A stretch of 64,000 nucleotides of DNA from Felis catus. Its lineage: Eukaryota. The notes beneath the pieces were generated by a model. That model saw nothing but the letters and a program-made list of their open reading frames with translations, was not told the origin of the DNA and did no database searches. The DNA lies in assembly GCF_018350175.1 (NCBI RefSeq), contig NC_058368.1, forward strand, positions 75,766,001 through 75,830,000, written 5' to 3'. Positions 48,568-61,462 of this stretch are shown here, piece by piece; position 1 is the first letter of the stretch, and the number at the start of each line of letters is the position of its first letter. The translations under genes were made by a program, and so were the position numbers.

Positions 48568-51500
48568 CCACATCAGTTCAGTTTCAACACTCAGACCAGA
48601 ACTGAGTTCTCCTTGGAAGCTCTGCTTGGCTTCTCAGCTCGGAGTTCATCATTGCTGAAGGAGGTCAGTGGTGATGCTGTTGTCCAAATTTGCCTGGAGT
48701 TCACAGAACATTTGAAGGTGTTTGTTTTGTTTTGTTTTGTTTTTGTTGGTTTGTTGGCTACTTTTCAATACATCTGTTATGTTACACTTTCTTACTTTGT
48801 ATCATAAATAATACCTTCAAAATGCAGTCATAAAACAACACACTAATGAAAAGAAATCCTATTACCATAGCGCAGTTTCCTATTATATTCCTATCAGATT
48901 ATATCAGTTTGGAGTTTTTGTACTGACATAATAAAAGTCAAAAATGGAACCCGGCTATCTCAACCAAATGCATCGATTTACTGGGAAGATGTCGGGAATC
49001 AAAGAATTGGTGCGATTTGGGGTCGGAGAGCAGGAAGCCCAGGTGAGGTCTCTGGTTGGCCGATGGGCGGCTGCTTCTACGACAGGAGACACAGTATCTT
49101 TCAGTCTTTGCGGCACCAGCTCAAGACCCAGCATCCTAATACCAAGCTTCTGACTGGCACGGTTTGAGTCAAGTGCCTGTCTCCCCTCCCCAAGCACGAT
49201 CAGAGGACAGGTGGCTTCAGTGTGGGCAGCACACCCAGGAAACCGATTTCCTGCCGAGACAACACAAACCAGGGGGCTCCTCCCCCCCAAAAGGGAGAGG
49301 GGCTGCCGGATGAAAGGAGGGAACTTGGATACTCACCAGTGGGGGGAAAAAATAACAAATGTTGCCATATACAGGTAATCAAATATTCTATTAATGTGAT
49401 GTTGTCACACAATTGTCATTAAATACCTCAGGAAACATACAATGCTTTAAAAAAAAAAGTCAATTGTAGACACCTGCTTAAATGTTACAGGAGACAGGTT
49501 TTCATGGTTAAAGAAAACTGCCTAACATAAGACCTTTAATTAGTTGTTTGTATTTTGTTACAATTACAGAACACACAAATGTTCCATTTTCTTCTGAGAC
49601 TTTTTCTCCTTCACAATTATCCTGTTGGGTGATGTGTGGATGCTGAATGCAACTGTCTCCTTCTATAGTAATTTCTACTTCTTTCGAGTCTGTTAAATGA
49701 GCATTGCCTTTTCCCTTTCGGGTGAATATTAAAGAAAAGAACAAGGGAAAGGTGGTTAATTCAGAAAATTCTAGTATCTCCAAGATACGGAGATACCATT
49801 TATACACGAAGGGCAAACAGTGGCATCATTTTTGTTTGGAAGAAATAAAAATTGAATGTACGTATTTGTATTGTCGGCAGTTTCCTCCTTAAACAGAAAC
49901 ACTTCGGTTGTCTTTACCATGTCTAGTTATTTAAATTATTTTTTAATGTGGCAAAGGCCTTGGAATTAATCAGCCCCATCTGCATACACAAAAGACATGA
50001 CATAGGGAACAAAAACGTCTGAGGACAAAACTAGGCTTCCTTTCACAGGCAGTGGGGGAAATTAGTGTCATCACTAGGTTGAAGACATAAAGAGATTCAA
50101 AATTAAAAATCCTTTGAACGCTTCCAACAAGATTCCTATAATCAGCTGAAAGATAAGTAATGATCAAAGCCCTTTAAAACAGTATTGTTCACTCCATTAG
50201 AACTGTTTAAATGTACCCTACTATTCACCAGAAATTACACAAGATTACTGCAGAAGCTATGCTATTGTTTCAGCGAGGTACCCAGATGTTTTAAGGATGG
50301 CTTCCCCCATCAACATCAGGTTAAAAGCCAAGATACAAAAACAGCTGCAGTTAGAAACCTTAATTACCAGGAACATCCCCCCACCTAGGTGCTCAGTGGC
50401 TCTGACAAACTGATTTATCCCGAACAGAGTGGACTGGAGGTGGTGTTTGGGGACTGGGGAGGCAGACGGGAGAAAGGCAAGTCCTTTCCTACGTGGAACC
50501 AAATTTTGGCCAATTCTTCAGACAAACCTTTCCAAAGCCTTCACTAATTTTGTATCTGGGATACGTTAACCTGCTAAAGGTTGCTTTTTCATTTAGTCCA
50601 TGTTATCCCGGCCCCGGGATGATGGGTGAAAAGAGATAAGCATGTTTCTGCACACCTCATTACCACTGTTATTTTATGCACTCGCCCGGGGATATTACAC
50701 ACAACAGTGCCACATTGGGATCTGAGAACATTCCTAAGCAGGAGTCCAGAATGGTGAACAGATTTACTAACTCTTTACTCTTACTCCCTGATGCACTGTG
50801 AGGTTTTAATAACAATATTGTTATTGCTTTTATTGATAGCAATTTGGAAGGGACATCTTCTGTCTCCATCTTTAAACACGTTGAAGGTTTCACATGATAT
50901 TGTTTATTATCACTAGCTGAAGATGGGGAAAGAATTGGCAAGGTTTTAGAAACCGATTTCTACCAGCCACTTTGAAAAAATACAGCAACTTCAATTTTAT
51001 GTTCCCGGCAAGATCAGTCTAAACGGTCCAGACTACACTGAGTCCAAGAAGGCACATAGAGAGGGAGATGTTATGATCTATGTAGAATCTTGGAAGGTGT
51101 GTGAATCAAATCAAAGTTAAGTGGGCATGGGTTACAATACGGTATTTCTGGTGTCAAACTCTAAACGTCTAGTCCATTTTGGAATAGTTTAGCTCTAGAT
51201 TTTTCCTCCCTCCCACCTTATTCTCAACCACCAAGTAGCACATCTAGGGGAAGCAAGGATGTCATGAACATAACTCCTATCCTTAGAAAATCCTGAAATT
51301 TGAACACACGAGTAGTCATGGAAAATGGCAATATTCAATGTCATTAGGTTTGCCTTGGAGTCACACAAAGGGCTCTCTGAGGTTCTCATATACATATATT
51401 TAGCAATCACATGACAAAACAGAAACACACCGCATCCAGCCATGACTTCTGGTATGCATTCTTCACATCCCCATGTAAGAACTCCAGGAGAATTGCAGGA

Positions 51501-54500
51501 TGGCAACATTGAGTTCTTGTATTCCGAGACAGTGATTCCTGAGCACGGGTTGCATCAAAATCATCTTTGGGAATTGTTAGTCCTAACAACCACCACAGTT
51601 ATAATCATTAAAGCTTGCATTTACTAAACACCTGGTGAGTACTGTGCTAACCACTTCTCAAGGATACCCTCTTCCAAGGATATGAACGTTTTAGAAAATC
51701 AGAATCACTAGAGGTGAGAACCTGGAACTGCCCAGATGATTTCAATTTAAACTGTGCTTTGAAAACAACTGTGAAAAGGGACATTACTCGCCAACTGAGT
51801 TCCCCAACCCTGGGGATGAGTACTCATTGATGAACAGAGGGTTTATGATGCCTCAAGGACGACCTGACCCATCCTCCCTCAAACCCACAGGAGCTTTGAA
51901 GTAGGTCAAAGAAGAGATTCCAAGATTTCTTTGGAAGGCTTTAATTTTGACTTTCCTGCTGTGACTCTGGGCTCCCACACTTCTCTGCCATTATGCTGTA
52001 TTTCCACATTCCCCGGTAATTTTTAAGATATACTGCCCCAAGTTTACATTCGGCACCATGCTGATCCAAACCGGGTCTCGTGATTAGCATCCTTGTTACA
52101 TTAGAAGACTCCAGAGTGTTTATCCGTGACCTGTGGAGTTCTTTGCGCTAACTAAGGAGGAAGCTTTGGATGAAGATCTGTAGACCCTAAGTTCCTGGCA
52201 AAGTACTTCTGAAAATCATTTTAAGAAGCCCTGGTCTTATAGACCTCCACATACGCTGGTCCTTCCATTTGGAACAGTTTTTCATCAGTGGAAACCCTGT
52301 GAGCCAGTGAACTCTACATCATTTTTCCTGGGTCTTGAATTTTCTTATTATATTTTATAAATGAAATGGTAAATGTCCAGAGGAGCCAGGTTAGAGTATG
52401 ACTTCCTCAAGGGCAGGCAATGATCTTATTTTTGTAACACTTAAATACAGCCTATGGAGTTTCATTAGAGTTGAATGAGGAAATACATATTAAAAAAAAA
52501 AAGAGTTAATGATTTAACTCTGGAGGTAGCTTAAGCTTTCACTTAGACTTTGATAAGCTACAGATAACACACGGCACAAAATGTGTGTTCTCTATGAATG
52601 CCCTAATTAACTAGACTTTAAAAGAAAACATGCAATGAGGAGGTTTGTTCAGTAGCATTGCTCTTCCCATGAGAATCACAGGTATTTTCTAGTCTTTTAT
52701 TTCACTGAAATATATCAACAACTTTGAACAATTAAATGATTGACTTTGATGTGCACCCTCAGTAACGTTGAAGACAGCTAATCAAAGACCTTGTACACAA
52801 CATACCAAATAATCCGGCAAAACCACCATGTTGAAAGCTGACATTCTTTGAAGTAAAAGGCCCCTACGTGAAATTGATGTTGAAATGTAAAGGGTTAACC
52901 AAGACTGACTTTAAAACCACTGTTCCGTGGGTAATATTGCCAAAGCCAAAAGGAATTGCTATTTTGCATGAAGTAAGCAATACAGTTCATTGAAAGTGAG
53001 TTAAAGTGTTTTCGATATTTACTCTATATGACAAGCTATAGGCAATGGGGAAGAGCTGGATTTTATTACATTCTCTTCACATTAGGCCCTCAAATCCTGA
53101 TTCTCAATCTTTAAATGTACACTGAGGATCTCTTCATGATAGAAGAGAAAGACATATTAAAATCTGTTTAAAGCAGGCCCTATCAAAATGCTTGCTGCTG
53201 GCTGGGCATTTTCCCCATTAGTCCATTTTAACTTAACCATGTCAGATTCATGCCTCCTAGCCATATTGGCAGGGGTAGCTTAATGAGATAAAAAGAAAAC
53301 GAAAAAAAAAAAAAAAAAAAGAAAGAAAGGAAGAAGAAGGCAGGGACACGAGCTAATGAGCTAGATTGCTTTGGTAGCCCTGACCTGAAAATGCTTTTTT
53401 CTATATAGATTTGTTTTAATGAATACCATGTCAACCTGCCCTTATTCACCTTGCTGTGAATCTTGTGTCTGAGTGTATCAGATATCAGCATTGGCAAAGC
53501 AATTTGCCCGTCCAGTTTTGAAAGCCAAACTCTCCTGTTCGTGACATCATTCAAACCGCCGCACCAGAGTCGTATTCATAGTTGCAGATAATAGAACTTG
53601 AATTCCTTCCTCCATAACATATTTGGGGGGAACAAAAAGGAAGAGAATAATGAGAGATTCATTCCCGGGTAAGGTCACCGTTTGATTACTTGGGTCCAAT
53701 TCCAAACACACGTAGGTCCAATGAACTTCACCCCTCACCTTAGGCCTGTGTGCAATTTTTTTTTTTTTACTCAATTTTCTAAGGAACAAGAAACATCTGT
53801 CCTTTTGAGTCTCTTCCTAGCACCAACCCCACGGACAGATGTTTCCCAAACACGTTGTCTGTGAACATTTAAAGGAATACGATATTTGCATAAACTCTGG
53901 GAATTCCAAGCTTCGTGCTTTCCATACTGTTTTAGTTTTTTAAATCAATATTTTTTTGTTCTGTACCCATCATTTTGTTTTACTCCTCATAAAGCAGACA
54001 TTGTGTGCACACATCTGTTAAATCTGGGCTGCATTTATTACAGTTCTGTTCTTCCAGAAACAGGAAGGATTAATTACCACAGACCGGTTCTAGAAGCACC
54101 CCCGTGTTTCTTAACACACAAAATTAATTCAGAGTTGACAAAACTCTTTCAGACACAGCCTGCTTCCTGCTGATGATGCTTTATTAGCATATTCTTCCCA
54201 GAAAAAAAAATGCCTCATAGACCCTTTTTACCTCTCCTCTGAGTTCAATTTGTACAGCACTGAGTGACAAGCAGCAAAATGGCTTGAATATATCTAAGGC
54301 AAGTTGCCAAAATCCTCGTGATAGAAGCACTTTGGAGCCTTTGTTCTGAGCACATTAAAGTCACAGAAGGTCCATGTACTGTAGACAGTGTGGGGCAGGC
54401 AGGATGTTCTCAGTAAGACAAAACAGCAGGTGATAAATGACATTAAATAACAGTGAGAATTTACCACAGACTAAATTAACTACTGGAGTGAAATGTTCTC

Positions 54501-54730
54501 AGCTCTAAGGCTATATTAACAGCGAATTTATAATTAGGCGATTATCATTCTTTTTAGTGTTTGAGGAAGTCTATATGTAAAAATGATGAAGACAGCTGTA
54601 TTTGACTCTGGAGACACGCTGCTGGAAGTGCTTTTAAAAACGCTAGAGAATAATTCTTCTTTCAGGCCTTATAAAGTCATTTGTAAAAATAAGTGCTTGG
54701 AAGTGAATTCGATTGCTGGATAGCTCACAA

Positions 54731-54808
54731 ACGTGCGCACGCGTGCGCACACACAGGCACTCTCTCTCGCGCGCGCGCGTGCACACACACACACACACAC
54801 ACACACGC
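54731..54808. repeat. Alternating purine-pyrimidine (CG/CA) tract with 18-bp palindrome
   Basis: gtgcgcacgcgtgcgcac, (CG)6, (CA)n. Confidence 0.9.
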
Positions 54809-56411
54809 TTAAAAATTACAGCCTCAGAGGACAGACTTCCAGGAAATCAAAATCAAACTCTTCGAAATACCGTCTTGTTGGTGATCTCAAAATCAATCGG
54901 AGGTAGAGAATGAGAATTTTCAAGGTGCACATCCGTATTGTTTTCCTTTTTCCGTCAAAGGGGTTATCCTTAAAAATATCCATCAAAGATAGAAACCTCG
55001 AAAATCCCCTCTTCCTTTTCTAACTCTTAAGGAATTCCTTTCTCACCCTTGTCATATTTGGGGTCTTGGGTTTTACCCTACAACCTCTGAGAGTCTAAAG
55101 AATTACAACAGAATCTTAAAAAAAAAATGTCAGAGAAGGGAAACGAACTGCTGAATTAGTCATTGACGAAGCTCTTCTAAAATCGTCACGCAGCAATAGC
55201 TTTGTCAAATGCCCTTAAACAAAATAATAAAATCAGAAAAGTACAGGGATCTTCAAAGGTCTTAAAACTGTTTTCCTTTACACAGTATTTTTTCTCTCCC
55301 AGACCTATGCTTATGTCCGAGGAATAGCACTTCACAGCTTCGTACCTACCTATAAGAATCCCTTCCTAAAAAAAGGAACAAGTTCCAAATGGTGCCAGGA
55401 GCACATATGGGTCTTTGGTAGAATTCTCACCATGTAACATCTTGTGCACTTTCCATGAGGATTTCTCTTAAAGCTAGAACACTTCATTTTTGGCAAGCGA
55501 GCCCCGTATGTCTAGACACATTATAGTGCTTGGTTACAATTGTATTTCCATAATAAACTAGTATCCATTCATTCATAACTTTCTCAAAAAAAAATTCTCC
55601 ATTTGGGCTTTAAACACTCCAGGCTTAGCCTCAGCCAAATGGTGAATATTTGGAAAGTTTCTGCTAAATCCATTTTATCAGATATTGACTTATATGACTC
55701 AAAAAATCATTTTCCATATGTCCACAAGAATTATTACCCAAGAAAGGAACCCATGAGGAGCCGACTTCAAGAATGTAAGTCTTGAATGTGATTAGTCCTT
55801 TGAGAAACAGACTCGAAGACTGGAATGAAAGATTCCAATTTCAAACCAAAACTGTCCTCTGTGTGTGCTTCTCCCATTAAAGCAACAACACTCACAAACA
55901 CAACTCCATTCTTTCAGCACTGGTGAACACATCCGTATTTGCACATCCTTTCCACTGACTGCCTTGAAAACGTTAGTAGCAAACTCCCAAACTGTTAGAA
56001 GTTCACGGCTAGTTGTACGTCTTTCGTCTTTCGGGAAACTATGGTGTCTTCCAAGATGGCTGTACTTTCTAACGGCATCTTGAAGCCCCCCGACAGCCTC
56101 GGTCCTGGGCACCGCTTTGCACACTCCACATCTCCATGTCATGCAGAGTGGGTGAGCTATTTGCACAAGTTTCTGTTTCGCGGGTGATTTCTTAACCTGC
56201 ACTAATGTGAGTTTTTCATTTCTCCTTTTTGACACAGTCTGTAACTTTTAACAATTGAGACAGAGTGACATGTAACATTATAGAAAGATCATAGACATAC
56301 CACATGTATGAAAAACCTAAACATAGCACGTGAGTCCATTTGCACACAATGGATGCATTTCTCCTCTTTCGATTCTACCTGCCTCTTTGGGCACCCAGTG
56401 GAGAAAGGGAC

Positions 56412-56443
56412 TTTATTTATTTTTTTTTAAGTTTATTTATTTT

Positions 56444-56480
<37 letters not shown>

Positions 56481-56664
56481 AGTGAGAGGGGGGAGAGAGA
56501 ACAACTGGGGTAGGGGCATAAAGAGAGGGAGAGAGAATTCCAAGTTGGTTCCATGCAGTCAGCATAGAGCCCGACACAGGGCTCAAACTCACCAACAGGG
56601 AGATCATGACCTGAGCAGAGATCAAGAGTAGGAAGCTTAACTGACTGAGTCACCCAGGCACCCC
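56412..56664 (-). mobile_element. Can-SINE (older)
   Basis: T-tail, (GA)n, gactgagtcacccaggcacccc. Confidence 0.95.
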
Positions 56665-56766
56665 CTCAAGGAACTTTCTTTTATAATGGATTAATTAATG
56701 AGCACTAATCCAATGGCTTAATGAATCAGCCCTTCCAACATTGTTTTTATTTAAAAGAATACTCAA

Positions 56767-57000
56767 GGGCGCCGAGGTGGCTCATTCGGTTGAGCGTCCA
56801 ACTTAGGCTCAGGTCGTGATCTCACGATTAGTGAGTTAGAGCCCCGCGTCGGGCTCTGTGCCGACAGCTCGGAGCTTGGAGTCTGCTTCGGATTCTGTGT
56901 CTCCCTCTCTCTCTCTCTCTCTGCCCCTCCCCTGCTTGCCATCTGTCTCCCTCTCTCAAAAATAAACATTAAAAAAATGAAAAGACAAAAATTTTAAAAA
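56767..57000 (+). mobile_element. Can-SINE
   Basis: TSD core agaatactcaa. Confidence 0.95.
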
Positions 57001-57099
57001 ATAAGAGAATACTCAAAAAGTAAGGTAAACAATAAAACGAACAGAATTTGAGGCACATGGCTCCTTGACAATTGTGATATTTTGTTCAAAGTGATTTCA

Positions 57100-57275
57100 C
57101 AGTAAACCCCCGTAAATTACTCATTTTTACCTCCCTGTGCCTCAATTTCCTCCTCCGCTGAATGGGAAAAATAACAATGTCTACCTATTTGGCTAATCGT
57201 GAAGCTTAAACAAGGCTGTGCCTGTATGTCACTTCAAGGAGTTCCGAATAAAAATGTCTTCAGTAAACATTAGTT
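57100..57275 (+). mobile_element. MIR remnant
   Basis: acctccctgtgcctcaatttcctcctccgctgaatgggaaaaataacaatgtctacct MIR core. Confidence 0.7.
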
Positions 57276-57952
57276 ACCATCAGTGCTACTGCCATTATTC
57301 TGATTAACAGGGATGACTGAAAGCGCCCAGAAAATATCAATCCTGAGCCTAAATCCAGCACTCACAGTCATAGAATAATTTCCCCCCACTTTTAAATTAA
57401 GGATAATTCGGAAATTCAGATAAATATCAATTCTTATGATCTGGGTAAAATGTTTTCGTACAAGCACACGCACGCGCGCACACACACACGCACACAGAGT
57501 TCCCTTTCAGACTTACTGAAACAGACATTAAGCACCAATACATGTAAGTTACTACAAATGGCCGCATATTGTATGTGAACAGCAAGCCTGAAGTGATTTC
57601 ACTGTGATCGCCCGATACAATCCAAGCCCACATGTCCTTGGAGTAGGTACAGAAAGGGGCTGGCATCACTAACCTACCCAACGGCTCATGTCATCCACTC
57701 CAGCAAACCATTTTCAATCTTTTTAGTTGTTGTACAGTTGTACATTTTGAATCAAGGACCATAAGACATCCACTTCAAGATTAGTCAACATATGCTTTCA
57801 GTATTTAAATTACTAGACCATTTCTACATAGTTTTATCTATAAAGAGAGGCTACGGGCAATACGACCTTATATGCCTTTGAGCAACTTTGCATCTGTTTG
57901 TCAAACTGGAAAGAATAGTACACAATTTAAGAAAAACATAATTTGGGGGGAG

Positions 57953-58183
57953 GGGGCGCCTGAGTGGCTCAGGCAGGTAAGCGTCTGATTCTTGGTCTCC
58001 TCTCAGGTCATGAACTCACGATTTGTGAGATCGAGCCCTACATTGGGCTCCTAGCTGTTAGTGTGGAGTCTGCTTGGGATTCTCTCTCTCCCCCTCTCTC
58101 TGTCCCTCCCTGCTCATTCTCACTCTCAAAATAAATTAAAAAAAAAAAAAAAAAACAGAACAAAACAAAACTTAAAAAAAAAA
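57953..58183 (+). mobile_element. Can-SINE (older)
   Basis: Head and tail; TSD-like aaaaa(c/g)(a)taatttgg. Confidence 0.9.
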
Positions 58184-58214
58184 GTAATTTGGTGATGCTG
58201 AGGGACTCTAGTTA

Positions 58215-58416
58215 ATTTTTTTTTTTATGTTTATTTATTTTTGAGAGAGACAGATCATGAGCAGGGAGGAGCAGAAAGAGGGAGACAGAATCCGAAGCAG
58301 GCTCCAGGCTCCGAGCTGTCAGGACAGAGCCCAACGCAGGGCTCCAACTCACAAACCGTGAGACCATGACCTGAGCTGAAGTCGGATGCTTAACCGACTG
58401 TGCCACCCAGGAGCCC
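58215..58416 (-). mobile_element. Can-SINE
   Basis: Antisense full-length copy. Confidence 0.95.
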
Positions 58417-58914
58417 CACTTTTTATTTTTTATGAATATCACAGCACGGCAAAGGCACAAAGGATTTTTTTTTTTGGTGTCACCAGAATAGAAACAGAAA
58501 AGAAACACCTTCTAAGACTATTTAATAGTAAGCTCAAAATAAGCTATTTATAATGACTCATAGGATCATGAACCAAGACTAACTTTACTAAAGTAAAGTC
58601 TAACTTTACTAACTTACCAAAGCAAGTCTAACTTTACTAAAATGCAGTACTTAAAAAATACTTATCCCTATCACACAGTGCAAGGCAGCAAAGTATCTAC
58701 AAACGAATAGATATTGCAGGGCCTTCCTTCTAAAATCAATCTTCCTTCTAATTTGTTGTCAGTATGTATGTTTTTCCATCTTTTCTTTTATTATTAGTGG
58801 TGATTTCTGCTCCTATGCTTAAACCCAAAATATGATTGAGTAAAATCTACACATAAAATGCATATACTTGTTCTTTCTTATAAGGTAACAACCCTGGATT
58901 TCAATAACATTGAC

Positions 58915-59095
58915 ATAACACTTACCATTTATGAAGTATTCCCCTAACTCAAGAAACCAGTTCACCATCGCCAGAGTCCCATAATGCATTCGTTAATACC
59001 TTCATTTTACAACTGAGGTTAAGTGGCTTACCCAAACTCCTGCTTCTATAAATTACCAGAGACAAGAGGCAGAGCCAGATCTTCAGGTCACAAAT
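58915..59095 (-). mobile_element. MIR remnant
   Basis: cattttacaactgaggttaagtggcttacccaaac...agaggcagagccagat. Confidence 0.6.
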
Positions 59096-59559
59096 CCCAC
59101 CAGACCACACTCCTCTGTGGAGCATTATTTGAACCCACAATTGATAGTACATTTGAAATGACGGTTAAAAATTAACTAAAGAGATTTCACAATGCGCTAG
59201 GCAGTGCCGTGCTGTTTATGTTCATTATTTTAATTAATATTCAACACAACAATGCAAAATCTGAGCTTTATTTGTGGCATCTTACAGATAAGAAATTTCT
59301 CAAAATTACAAAGCTAATAAATGCTGCACTTGGGAATAAAACCCTTGTATCTCTGCACCCAGATTCTGTTCACTGTAGTTACGATGTCGGAGAATTATGG
59401 GAACCCGTTTCAGACATTTTTTTTCATGGGCCTTCGTGGAAAATTATTTACTAAATTCTTGAAAGTGAAGGTTATATGAGAAAACTGTTGCTGTTGTTGT
59501 TGTTGAGTTGCTAAACACATGGTGATGATAGGCATTATGAGGTTTATCTTCTGGGTTCA

Positions 59560-60060
59560 TATCACCAAGGATCCTAGTGAACTGAGGAGTTAGATGTGGG
59601 TTAAGAAATCCAAAGAGGGAAGAGAATGACCATGTAGATTTCACACACTATATAAAAATTAGCTTGTAAGAAGTAGGAGGCTTTGCAGACAAAATCTGCA
59701 AGAAGAGGCCAGTGCAGCCAAGTGGTTGGAGATGATGCCACATAATTCTGCAATGAGGAAATCGTTTGCCAGGTATCTGTTGGGGGTAAGTGTTATGCAT
59801 GGAAGGACACAAATACAGGCCAGGCTGTGGAGAACAATTCTAAGTGTGGGGATCATATTAAGTGGGATTGAGGAAAAAGAATGAGTAATGAAAGAATGAG
59901 ACTTTGAGAAATGAGACATCACGGCCAGAAATAAGTCAAGGTCATGGATATCCTTGGAGTCAAGTAATGTTAAGTAGTGGGGAATAAAATGGAGTCTTTT
60001 ATGATCATTTATCCCTCTGGATTGGATCATGCATAAGAGTAGGATTAGCTGAAAGTCAGA
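59560..60060 (-). mobile_element. L2 fragment
   Basis: Purine-rich antisense L2-like sequence (ggatatccttggagtcaagtaatg...). Confidence 0.5.
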
Positions 60061-60529
60061 AAGGCTTGAAGCCAGAAAGGCAGAGCACTACAAGAAAGAC
60101 ATTTCATTAATCTAAATATATTAGTTAGCCAGGGTCTAGACAAGGACTTTATGGATCAGAAAGTAAAGGAGGAGGTAATTTAACACAACAGAAATTGGAA
60201 TGACCATAGCAGATTTAAGATAAGAAGCGTCAAATTTAAACCCCATTTGCATTTGAAAAAAGTGCAATAGATTTTAATAATAAATAAAAACCATAGCAGC
60301 TCATTCAATTTTTTTTTTTTTTTTTTTTTTTCCAGCCTGCCTCCCTTGTGGGGATTACACAAAAAGCAAGATCAGTCATATTTTTTACTACTTCTATGCC
60401 GGGGCATAAAGACGGTCTATTTGCTGTGTCAGTGATGAACTTAGCTTCCAAAAAGTGTAAGGCCATAAAAAGGAAAAAAGGATTTGATCAAATCTGTTCA
60501 CAATACTGATGGATTAAGATACTGATTTT

Positions 60530-60737
60530 TTTTTTTAACGTTTATTTATTTTTGAGACAGGGAGAGACAGCATGAATGGGGGAGGGTCAGAGAGAGAGGG
60601 AGACACAGAATCCGAAACAGGCTCCAGGCTCCGAGCCATCAGCCCAGAGCCCGACGCGGGGCTCGAACTCACGGACCGCGAGATCATGACCCGAGCCGAA
60701 GTCGGACGCTTAACCGACCGAGCCACCCAGGCGCCCC
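60530..60737 (-). mobile_element. Young felid Can-SINE
   Basis: CpG-intact; TSD gatactgatttt. Confidence 0.98.
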
Positions 60738-60937
60738 GATACTGATTTTTAATTTGAATGTTAACTCTGCATTCTACAAGCTGTATCTGTAGTGTATTGC
60801 CTGCCTGGACAAATAGTACTTACTAAGTTATTTTTAAAGCTCTTCAAAATTGCACTGAAGTCATGAATTTCGTAGTGCCCCCCACCCAGCATTTATTTTT
60901 TTCCATCATTCAGATTAGCATCTGGGGGCTTCAAGGG

Positions 60938-61088
60938 CTTTTATTTATTTGTTTATTTGAGAAAGAGAGAGAGGAGAGTGAGAGAGTGGGGGAGGAGCAG
61001 AGGCAGAGAGAGAGAGAAAGAGAGAGAGAGAATCTTAAGTAGATGCAGGGCTCCATGCAGGGCTCGATCCCACAACCCTGAGGTCATT
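60938..61088 (-). mobile_element. 5'-truncated older Can-SINE
   Basis: gagagaatcttaagtag...gggctcgatcccacaaccctgaggtcat. Confidence 0.85.
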
Positions 61089-61242
61089 TGCAGGCATGGT
61101 GGGGCCTTGCGATCTCTAGAGGTCTGACAGACACTGTGGAATCCCCTTAACTTTCTACTTTCACTTGCCTCTGAGAAATCCCACAAAACTGCAGAGGAAA
61201 AAATTCAGTCTGTGTCATCTAAATTAAATATAGCATAACCAA

Positions 61243-61462
61243 GGGGTGCCAGGGTGGCTCAGGCCAAGCGTCTGACTTCGGCTTGGGTCACCAACTCCCA
61301 GTCTGTGAGTTTGAGCCCTCCTTTGGGCTCTGTGCTGACAGCTCAGAGCCTGGAGTCTGCTTCAGATTCTGTGTCTCCCTCTCTCTTTCTGCCCCTCCCC
61401 CGTTCACGCTCGGTCCCTCTGTGTCTCTCTCAAAATAAATAAACATTAAAATTTGTTTAAAA
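61243..61462 (+). mobile_element. Can-SINE
   Basis: Head and tail; degenerate TSD atagcataaccaa/atagtataaccaa. Confidence 0.95.
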
